DNA of 14,693 nt from Amoeboradix gromovi X-113. Its lineage: Eukaryota; Fungi; Sanchytriomycota. The notes under the pieces were generated by a model that saw only the letters and a program-made list of their open reading frames with translations, did not search any database and was not told the DNA's origin. Position 1 is the first letter of the stretch. Every line of letters starts with the position of its first letter. Shown here piece by piece: positions 6,922 to 14,693 of this stretch. The translations under genes and the position numbers were made by a program. The stretch spans positions 1 to 14,693 of the forward strand of contig JADGIF010000207.1 of NCBI GenBank assembly GCA_018985225.1, read 5' to 3'.

Positions 6922-7806
6922 TTACAACATTGTTGACTTTTCTTTCATTATTGCAGCCTCCAATTCTAGAATTTTAGCCTTTTTGGCAGTTATGATATCT
7001 TTGACTTCTGGCTGACTGCACTCTTGTGAAATGTCCATAAGCTCGTTTAAAAAGAGTAAATATGTTATTTTACCGTCAAATTCTAGTGCTTTAAGCCCCT
7101 TTGGGATTTCTAGTTTATCTATTATGCCGTCTTTTAAAGCTTTTATGTCTTGATCCAAATCGTTCCCAGCATCAGAATTAATCACTTCTGTACTGTTGTG
7201 TACCTCAGAGGTTTGGATGGTATTCCAATATTCATTGGCCAAGATGGGAGCATTGCTGGATTTGTTGCCAGTTCTAGTATTTGTGTTAATAGGATGTGAA
7301 GCTATGTTACCTAATATGTTAACAGGTATTGAGCTGGGAATCACAACACCTTTTGAATGCTCGTCAACTATATGACGTAGTACCGTGAATTGATCGATCG
7401 TTATGTTATCAACATTGTTTATATCCACCATGCGATATAAGTTGTCAAATAATTGTATGGTAAAAAACTTCAGATTCGATTTGACAAAAGAGTACAGATC
7501 CGATTTACGAATATTTCCATGAAAGGTTCCGATTGATTGAAATTCCTTGGAATATAGCTTCTTTTTGCTATCTGTGATGAACCAGTCATATGGCTTGAGG
7601 TGGTGTTGTGCTGTATTCATCATATTTACAAATTCGTCCTCCAGTAAATCAGGGAACTGACTGGATTTACAAGAATGCCAGATATTGCCTAGTATGTCAT
7701 TAGGAAGTCCTGATTGCTGAAGAAGGTTGGTCGCAATGTCTTTGTTTATAAATTCATATCCTCCATAAAAATATTTGTTCTGATGGAAATAATTTGAGAA
7801 GTTCAT
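6922..7806 (-). CDS. EH-domain endocytic adaptor (End3/Pan1/Ede1-like; two EH domains plus C-terminal coil)
   Basis: The EH-like segments are LLQQSGLPNDILGNIW...L.EDEFVNMM and W.IT..KKKLY..EF...LYRMVDINNVDNITIDQF...IPSSIP. Confidence 0.75.
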   Translation of the reverse strand: MNFSNYFHQNKYFYGGYEFINKDIATNLLQQSGLPNDILGNIWHSCKSSQFPDLLEDEFVNMMNTAQHHLKPYDWFITDSKKKLYSKEFQSIGTFHGNIRKSDLYSFVKSNLKFFTIQLFDNLYRMVDINNVDNITIDQFTVLRHIVDEHSKGVVIPSSIPVNILGNIASHPINTNTRTGNKSSNAPILANEYWNTIQTSEVHNSTEVINSDAGNDLDQDIKALKDGIIDKLEIPKGLKALEFDGKITYLLFLNELMDISQECSQPEVKDIITAKKAKILELEAAIMKEKSTML

Positions 7807-7816
7807 GGTTTCAATT

Positions 7817-8055
7817 CTCCTAATTAAAAGTCATGGTTTCTAGAGAATCGAAAATTTCCACCGAGAAACTTCAATTACGATAACTGCTCACAGTTCCGCA
7901 ACTTGAGGGCGAGGTTGAATAAGAATCCATGCATTTTAGTCATATGTGCCCTGCTGACAAATCTTCCAGATTACAATTTGTGCACATGTGTCACCATATT
8001 TCTTTTCTTCAGAGTGTCACACCTTATACAATTTGAATAGTAAATGCCTTGTTTT
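7817..8055 (-). mobile_element. Family A copy A3: frameshifted Fanzor2-like remnant plus tail
   Basis: The minus strand encodes NKAFT / CIRCDTLKKRNMVTH / CTNCNLE..DLSAGHI*LKCM. The tail ...AGTTTCTCGGTGGAAATTTTCGATTCTCTAGAAACCATGACTTTTAATTAGGAG aligns with A1 ...AGTTTCTCTGTGGAAATTCTCGATTTTCTCGGAAATCTGGACTTTTAACGAGGAG. It may extend to ~8135. Confidence 0.85.
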
Positions 8056-8315
8056 ATGCAACCAAATCTTTCGCCTTTCTATGGACGATAACCTGTTTTA
8101 GATCAGTTTCTGAGTATAGAAGAGTAGTGCATTCTCTATATAATATTATTTTCTCAAGATTCAATACGTTCTGGTGAGAATATTCGGAGCGGTTTGACAT
8201 AGATAAGAAGGAATTAATGTCTCTGTTTTATTTAACTAGAAAAGTATAGCAAGAAGGACGATTAGAGAGATCAAAATTTATGTAACTACAACTTATAATT
8301 TATTCCATAAGAATC

Positions 8316-8439
8316 GATTACTGCTCCATTTTTCAAATTATTAAGACTGATTCTTGTATGTAGATCTTAGATAACTCCCAAGAAGAACTAGAATTGATCT
8401 TAATGACTAGGCCATATCAAATCTTTTATTTATCTACTT
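8316..8439 (-). repeat. Family B degenerate copy B7
   Basis: AAGTAGATAAATAAAAGATTTGA (B4: AAGTAGATAAAAAGAGAGTTGA), TATGGCCTAGTC, TGGGAGTTATCTA (B2: TGTGAGGTATCTA), ATCTACA, GTCTTAATAATTTG and GCAGT occur in colinear order. Confidence 0.55.
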
Positions 8440-8440
8440 T

Positions 8441-9938
8441 ATGAACAGTTCTAAAGTAGTCATAGGTTATGTTAGTATTTGGACTCCTATTGATATTAGA
8501 ACCATACCTTGTGATAAACTAACACATATTGTCTACAGCTTTCTAAATATCAATATCACCGATGGTTCCATAATATTTGGTGATGATACTTCTTGTAATT
8601 CTACATGCGCGACTACATTTTTAAGCGATATGGTATCATTAAAACAATTATGCCCAAGTCTTAAAATTCATATATCTGTCGGTGGTGCAGGATGGTCATC
8701 TTCGTTTCTACCAGTTGTGAAGAGTACGCACAAGCTTAATAAACTAGTTGCCGACATAAGCAAAATACTGCTTGAGTACGATTTGGATGGCGTTGACATA
8801 GACTGGGAATATCCGAGCACAGGTGAGGGTATTTATTTTGTTCAGCTTGCTCAAAAGTTTAGAAACACGTTGGACATAAAATACGAACTGACTGCCGCCA
8901 TTCCTTGTTATTCTGAAAGCTTGATAAACTATAATATATCGGATGCCTTTAGTTACTTTAATTGGTTCAATCTCATGGCCTATGACTCTAATGTGGGAAC
9001 AGGATATACTTCTCATCAATCACCTTTATATTTTAATTCGAATGATGTAATTGCTGACGGTAGTGCAGACAGAGGCGTTAAAACCTTACTTTCCGCAAAT
9101 GTGCCCAGTAGTAAAATTGTTTTAGGTGTGCCTCTTTATGGTTATCAATCTACGACTCTTAAAAACGATGAAGCAAAAAACGGTTTATTTGAGCCATGCT
9201 TGTTAAATTGTGAACAAATTATCGGCAACTTAAATATTTACACTTCAATCGATAATATTTTGTATTTTGACGATGTTGCAAAGTCACCATGGCTCTACAA
9301 TAGCAACTCAGGATTATTTACAACATTCGAAGATCCTAGGTCAGTACAGTATAAAATAGATTATGTCATTGAGAACAGTCTAAAAGGCATGATGTTCTGG
9401 GAACTGGGGCTTGATGTTATGAGCTCCAGCTCGGTGGTTTTCTTAGCTTTTGAAGGGTTTAATATATCTTCAGTTCAAGAAGAGTGGCTCAATGAAAGTA
9501 CAACTCTGAGCGAGTACAGCACATTAGGATTTGCCCAAACAAAAGCGTTTTCTACTGTCACATATTCGATAGAAATTGAATCAGAGAAGCTACATAATTC
9601 ATTCGATGAGACGCTTATAGATTTTACTACCACAGTAGATCTAGGTACAGTTCTAGGTATTATCAACTAATGTAGATATTCCGAAGGTCAACTTTGAGGT
9701 CTCCATTATGGCTTTTAGCATCATATTTGGTTCGTTATTTTTAATAACTCTAATTGTTTGTTTTATGGCCAAGTATGATCGCAGTAGCATTGTATCAAAA
9801 CCTGTCATCCAAAAATCCAAAGTTAAATTTTTAAGTACAGAAGTCATAGAGCGTACACCTGCTCCTGAACAGAGCGACATTCAAATTGATATATCCAGAT
9901 TTGCAGTAAACGATTGGATATTCGACAACAGAGTCTAA
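8441..9938 (+). CDS. GH18 chitinase, probably two exons (8441-9644, 9676-9938; 488 aa) with S/T-rich stalk and C-terminal transmembrane helix
   Basis: Motifs seen: LTHIVYSF, ISVGG, intact catalytic DGVDIDWEYP (DxDxE), NLMAYD, KIVLGVPLYG and GMMFWEL. A GT...CTAAT.TAG 31-nt intron at 9645-9675 joins the ORF in frame to the hydrophobic ORF at 9708-9938. Confidence 0.85.
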
Positions 9939-10037
9939 GCTAGTAAATTAATTTTGGAAAGTTTAATTGTGAGGATATTTCGTTGGAGTGCACAATAATT
10001 GAATAAGGTGTGATTATGGGATATCCCCTGAAACTCT

Positions 10038-11384
10038 ATGTCATCTCAACCAGAAGATCCGTCAATTAATTGCTTTTGTAGAAAGAAAGTTGACGACGGT
10101 TTTACTATTCAATGCGAAAGATGTTTGCTATGGTGCCATGCTAAATGCTACAAGATTGATAGTCAGGCTGTGCCAGCCCATTTTTACTGCATGTCATGTC
10201 AAAACACGGACACCGAATCTGAGCTAGTAGATGAAGACAGCTACATAAATTGGGGTGATAGAATAATCAAGGAGTACAAGTATGGTATTCATGTTGGTGA
10301 TAAACCATCTGACGAATACACTTCTTTTGAAAATGCTGCATTTCTGATCTTTCCAAAACCGAAACTTAAAAAGACTCCAATCCTTAGATTTATGAAGTTT
10401 AAGAGTTATGACAAAATAGCCAACGACCTGTATTTGTCAATGCCTGGCCAAACAAGTTGGCAGCGTGTTTGTAAAACTCCAGTTGCTATTGCAAACCACT
10501 CACTCATACATCAAATTAGCGATTCATTTGTTGAGTCATTCCATTCCCAAGAAGAAATTAGACCAACGACGCTTTGCTACTTCAGCCCAAACTCAATAAC
10601 CCTAGAAGATCAAGCTATAACTTCTAACAAATACTATAGAAAGGGTTGTATAGGCAACCTTAAGGTTACTAAATCCAATGGCCAACACTCCATTTATTCT
10701 ATTGATGATATACAAGCTAATGAAGAGTTAATATTACAATATTCAGATGTCGAATTTGAAAGAGCAATGAGCTGGTCTTTTCAAGAGTTCTTAAGTGGTT
10801 GTACTTTGGAACCAAAGTCTTGCATTTTATTAACCTGCGCATCATGTAAGTATTCTGAGTTCAAAAACTGTTTATTGTACCTCAAGCTGTTAAAGAACAG
10901 CAAACTAGACGTGACTACTGTGCGTGGCGATCAGCCGGCATTAAACATATCTCCTGTAGAACCTAAAAGGAAGCGCGGCAGACCCCCAAAACTGAAGAAG
11001 TCTAGTTCGGAAGACAATGCAGTGAAAAAGAAGAAGCAATCCCCTAAAATACAAAGTAGAAAGCAGTCTGCAAATAATAGCCCTATAATAGCCCCAAAGT
11101 TAAATCCCATGAGTCCTTCTCAAATGTCTGAAGCAGATATCGACGATCTAATACCTCAAATCAATGTATTTGATGATCCAATATCTGATCTAACCTACAT
11201 TCAGATTGGAAATGGAATGGTAGTTAAAAGAGCTAGATTGAAGACATGCAGCAAGATCCCTTCGGATTGGAAATGCAATAAAGTAGCATCAACATCAATG
11301 CGAAGAATGAACTTACTAACGAGATATCGACAAGAATTGAACGAGCCTAGGAAAATATTAAAAATAGCAGACTTTCTTAAATAA
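10038..11384 (+). CDS. Set3/Set4/MLL5-like PHD-finger + degenerate SET-domain protein with AT-hook
   Basis: PHD finger CFC...DDGFTIQCERCLLWCHAKC...FYCMSC. SET-like RKGCIGN...IYSIDDIQANEELILQY lacks the NHS motif, as in the Set3/MLL5 family. A Cys-rich post-SET segment and the AT-hook KRKRGRPPK follow. Confidence 0.75.
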   Translation: MSSQPEDPSINCFCRKKVDDGFTIQCERCLLWCHAKCYKIDSQAVPAHFYCMSCQNTDTESELVDEDSYINWGDRIIKEYKYGIHVGDKPSDEYTSFENAAFLIFPKPKLKKTPILRFMKFKSYDKIANDLYLSMPGQTSWQRVCKTPVAIANHSLIHQISDSFVESFHSQEEIRPTTLCYFSPNSITLEDQAITSNKYYRKGCIGNLKVTKSNGQHSIYSIDDIQANEELILQYSDVEFERAMSWSFQEFLSGCTLEPKSCILLTCASCKYSEFKNCLLYLKLLKNSKLDVTTVRGDQPALNISPVEPKRKRGRPPKLKKSSSEDNAVKKKKQSPKIQSRKQSANNSPIIAPKLNPMSPSQMSEADIDDLIPQINVFDDPISDLTYIQIGNGMVVKRARLKTCSKIPSDWKCNKVASTSMRRMNLLTRYRQELNEPRKILKIADFLK

Positions 11385-12360
11385 ATTCATTTATTACCAC
11401 ACCTGTGGCATCTAGTTTGACTTTGTAAACGTCAAAGTTATTTTTGTTCAATTCGAATTTTTGAGATTCACTTAGCTCACCAAAACTCAGCAGGCACCCG
11501 CCATTACCAGAACCAGTTAACTTGCTGTGACCTGACAAACTGGATGCCAATTGAAGCCTAGGGTGAGAGACTCCAAGGCTGACTAACATATTGTGGCAGT
11601 AATTTGCAATATTCAGAATATTAACACCATCAAGAACTAGTGATATCAATTCATCGATAGTATTCATGATTGATAGAACAACACTTGGATATAACTTGAA
11701 CTGATCAGAAACATGCGAGACCATTTCACGAGTATCTTTTGGCACGCGAGTGTAAATGACGTGGATTGTAGGCAATTTCAAATTGATGCCTGTACAGTAT
11801 TTATGAATAGTACCGTTGCTATTTAATCTGCCGTCGTAGTATTGAACGCCACCATAGAAACATGTTAGCACATCGATTCCCGAGCCTTCTCCATGAATGA
11901 AATTGTCCAAATTATGAGCTAATTCATATGAACGATTTAAGATTTGAGACTTTGAAAGATTTAAACCATGCCTGTTATTAGCAAGAGTGAGGCAGCCAAG
12001 AGATAAACTTATAGAAGCGGCTGCGGATGTACCTAGACCACAACCAAGAGGAACATCAGAGGTGATTGTAATTATACAACCGATACAAAGATGTCTAATA
12101 ACATTTAATATTCCATTAACAATTTGCATTTCTTTACCCTCTACTTCATCAAAAGATATATCCAACGAAGGTTCACCGGAATACACTGGACCCTTGTAAA
12201 ATAGATCATTATTGAAAATAATCTGAATCTCTTCTGCTTCAACAATTACCATATTTAAGTAAAGATCTATAGCCATGGTAACAGCTCTTTTAGTGTACAA
12301 TACCGCATGTTCCCCAAGAAGTATTATCTTCAGTGGGCACTTGATTTCCCACCGTTTCAT
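11377..12360 (-). CDS. ERG12: Mevalonate kinase (GHMP kinase)
   Basis: Motifs: PLKIILLGEHAVLY, PLGCGLGTSAA (GHMP ATP-binding loop), HGEGSGID and SKLTGSGNGGC. Confidence 0.92.
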   Translation of the reverse strand: MKRWEIKCPLKIILLGEHAVLYTKRAVTMAIDLYLNMVIVEAEEIQIIFNNDLFYKGPVYSGEPSLDISFDEVEGKEMQIVNGILNVIRHLCIGCIITITSDVPLGCGLGTSAAASISLSLGCLTLANNRHGLNLSKSQILNRSYELAHNLDNFIHGEGSGIDVLTCFYGGVQYYDGRLNSNGTIHKYCTGINLKLPTIHVIYTRVPKDTREMVSHVSDQFKLYPSVVLSIMNTIDELISLVLDGVNILNIANYCHNMLVSLGVSHPRLQLASSLSGHSKLTGSGNGGCLLSFGELSESQKFELNKNNFDVYKVKLDATGVVINEFI

Positions 12361-12499
12361 TTCAAATAAATAAGACAGTCATCGATTTTAATTGAACAAA
12401 CAATTAATCGTGATTGTATGAGCTCTATCGCCTCAGTACACCCTCTCTCTAATTAAACATGAATGCATGCTTTTCTTTTCATCCTTGACAAAGATCTCC

Positions 12500-13041
12500 A
12501 GTCTAAAGATATCACTAGTAGATTAAAAACACAGTTATTCACAATCAGAAAACGATTTAAGAATCAAACCAAAAAATCGGCGAAAAAGAATGAAAAATTA
12601 CTCTGCAATTCAAAAAGTTTTTTATAGGCGCATCAAGCGGGTACAACATCAAAAAAAGGATTACCATGAGAAGATATGCGATTATCTATCCAATGCAAAT
12701 GACTTGATATGTTTAACAACATTCAATGCAAGTCTAATGCTTCGCAGTTCATAGATTACAGCGACATCACTGCTTTGTCTCAATACTTCTTCAATCAGCA
12801 CCTTGTGTCAACTGCAAAATACAGAAATAATTTGACTGATTTTAACTAAGCATTTACTAGTTAAACTGATACAAAATGTCATCTGGTAGTAGATAGAGAC
12901 CATAGGGCAACATGGAACGTTACCTAAAATATATTCACCCTTGTTCAATCTCATCTCAGGATAGTGGAAGCGTGAACAACCACTCTAACGGAGTGACCCT
13001 CTTAATCAATTTCTTGTAAAATCAAGTCTTAAAATGAGGAG
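12500..13041 (+). mobile_element. Family A copy A4: longest, multiply disrupted Fanzor2-like remnant plus tail
   Basis: Fragments read QKVFYRRIKRVQHQKKDYHEKICDYLSNANDLICLTTFNASLML, then LSQYFFNQHL...N*AFTS*T.TKCHLVVDRDHRATWNV. Positions 12936-12993 are 48/58 identical and ungapped against the reverse complement of 3448-3505. The copy ends at GAGGAG (13041); the 5' limit is approximate. Confidence 0.85.
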
Positions 13042-13112
13042 AGTAATTTAGAGCTTTTTAAATTAATTTTATTTACTGTTTCAATAAATGGAGTATCTAC
13101 AACTGAATCTAG

Positions 13113-14414
13113 TTATTCCCAAGATTGCATAAGTTCATCTCGAAGTGCAATCCAACGATCAACGAAATCACCCAACAGACTACTAGTTTCTTTAACATCG
13201 AGTCTTGTATACTCGTGCTGGCTTCTCTCACTTAATGCAGTACATCCAAAGCCATTACTTGATGTAGTCAAAACAGGCATGAATGCTAGATTGTTGTGGC
13301 CGTATCTATAGACCTGAGTCTTCTGAAATAAGTCTTTATCAACATGACCTCTATACTTCACTTGATTCGCATGAAAGAACATTGGAGTCCCATCAAATCC
13401 ATTCTGAAGCATCACTAAACCGCAAAAGAAATGATCACCTTTAAATCGATCCATATACCCTACAATCGAAGGAAACCAGGGCACTATCTTATATGGAAGG
13501 CCAACCACCTTTGCGGCATACCGCATAACGTCTTTATCACCAAATAAGAAATCAAACCAAAACACTCGATCCTGCATAATGTAATATGACATCAATAATG
13601 TTTTCATATGCACTTTTTTGTTGATAAGCATTTGACCTGCTTCTGTCTCCCACTGATTTCTACATTCAATGTCAAAAATGCCAAAAATTGGATTTTTAGG
13701 ATCAGTTTTCCAAATATCAGGCCATAGTATTAAACCAAACTGCTTGTACTCCGGTATGTCAAAGAATGGTTTCGGGTCCTTTACGGGTAAGTTATCAGTA
13801 TCCAGAAATAAAATATCCTCAAATTGACTTGCTAATAATGCAGCACTTTTGAGCTGATAATTTCTAGTATTATCAATATATTGAATACGCTGACTTACAA
13901 ATACTAGATCTTTAAGATTAACGACATTCACATTCACCATATTGCTAAAAACAATTTCTTGTGCGAATCGCAACTCATCGTAGTGGAATATTTCAATAGC
14001 AATCTCAGAAAAACTCCTCAAAGTTATTATGTTTGCATAAGCCATCTTGAATGAGTGCCGAGTTGCCAACATCACTATTCCTTGCTTTCCGATGTTTTGT
14101 TTTTTATGAACATATGGTGTTTGGTACGCTTTTGGAGCCTGATAATAGAGGTTTGTAGCAACATTTTGACGGTATGATAAGTTGATACTAAGCTCATAAT
14201 GCTGTATTTTTAACCGTCCAATCTCTGTCATGTTTTTATGCCAATTTTTAGATATTGGCCATTGATCTATTTGATCTGAAAAAGTCATTTCTTGGCATGA
14301 ATAATTAAAATCAACCTCTTGCATATTCTGGGTCAAGGTCCAGCTCCACATAGTGATCAAAAGAACGACGAATCCAACAACTTTTGAAAATTTGACTGAA
14401 ATTCTTCTAATCAT
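13113..14414 (-). CDS. GT71 alpha-mannosyltransferase (MNN2/MNN5-like), type II membrane protein
   Basis: N-terminal TM segment, then LFLDTDNLP (DxD), LILWPDIW, ETEAGQMLINK and GDKD. Confidence 0.85.
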   Translation of the reverse strand: MIRRISVKFSKVVGFVVLLITMWSWTLTQNMQEVDFNYSCQEMTFSDQIDQWPISKNWHKNMTEIGRLKIQHYELSINLSYRQNVATNLYYQAPKAYQTPYVHKKQNIGKQGIVMLATRHSFKMAYANIITLRSFSEIAIEIFHYDELRFAQEIVFSNMVNVNVVNLKDLVFVSQRIQYIDNTRNYQLKSAALLASQFEDILFLDTDNLPVKDPKPFFDIPEYKQFGLILWPDIWKTDPKNPIFGIFDIECRNQWETEAGQMLINKKVHMKTLLMSYYIMQDRVFWFDFLFGDKDVMRYAAKVVGLPYKIVPWFPSIVGYMDRFKGDHFFCGLVMLQNGFDGTPMFFHANQVKYRGHVDKDLFQKTQVYRYGHNNLAFMPVLTTSSNGFGCTALSERSQHEYTRLDVKETSSLLGDFVDRWIALRDELMQSWE

Positions 14415-14607
14415 GTTTTGGATAAAACAAAGGGTATATCAAATACAAAATCTAAACTGAGTCGAATAACGGAACAGTTCTAATTCTATCATATTTCGAT
14501 TATTTCAATTACGAGAAATTTATATAAAAACTGAATGGCACATGCATCTACATCTCATAATAAATTTATTTGATACTTATTTCAGAGGCACACGGCTCCA
14601 GAATTGT

Positions 14608-14693
14608 GTAGAAAATTTATAATTGAGATTCATGAGGCAAAGAATATGATTTGCTAGCAGTATTTGTTTAAAATTGTATCTATTTTCTACTGC
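14608..14693 (+). repeat. Possible decayed family B copy B8 (runs to window edge)
   Basis: ATTCATGAGGCAAAGAATATG (B2: AATCATAGATGACAGAATATG) and GTATTTGTTTAAAATTGTATCTATTTTCTACTG (B1: GTATTTGTCCTAAAAAGTTTATCAAGTTTTTGTAGTG). Confidence 0.4.

Noticed and set aside
12380-12460. Additional faint family-B-like matches upstream of mevalonate kinase, at 9968-9980 and at 14510-14590
   Set aside because: The matches are too short to distinguish from chance in AT-rich DNA without a profile search.
3382-13041. CRISPR array or prokaryotic IS interpretation
   Set aside because: The repeats are dispersed, diverged and not regularly spaced, there are no cas or tnpA genes, and all flanking genes are eukaryotic.

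Overview
This is AT-rich, gene-dense, almost intron-free eukaryotic DNA read with the standard genetic code. The combination of Chibby, GH18 chitinase and a GT71 mannosyltransferase points to a zoosporic or early-diverging fungus-like organism. Nine host genes are recognisable: cullin-3-like, small HSP20, Chibby-like, F-box/LRR, a two-EH-domain protein, GH18 chitinase with a probable 31-nt intron and C-terminal TM anchor, Set3/MLL5-like PHD-SET, mevalonate kinase and an MNN2-like mannosyltransferase. The striking feature is the intergenic DNA: nearly every spacer over 150 bp holds decayed repeat modules of two families. Family A has 4 copies of a Fanzor2/IS607-TnpB-like C-terminus followed by a conserved, covarying, structured ~130-nt tail with a sharp right boundary, consistent with an omega-RNA scaffold followed by a copy-specific guide. 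Family B has 3 clear and up to 5 degenerate copies of a different ~140-nt module with a conserved hairpin, and two copies are preceded by weak Fanzor-like protein traces. Several modules end 6-20 nt before host start codons. No intact Fanzor ORF is present in the window. All alignments were made by eye.
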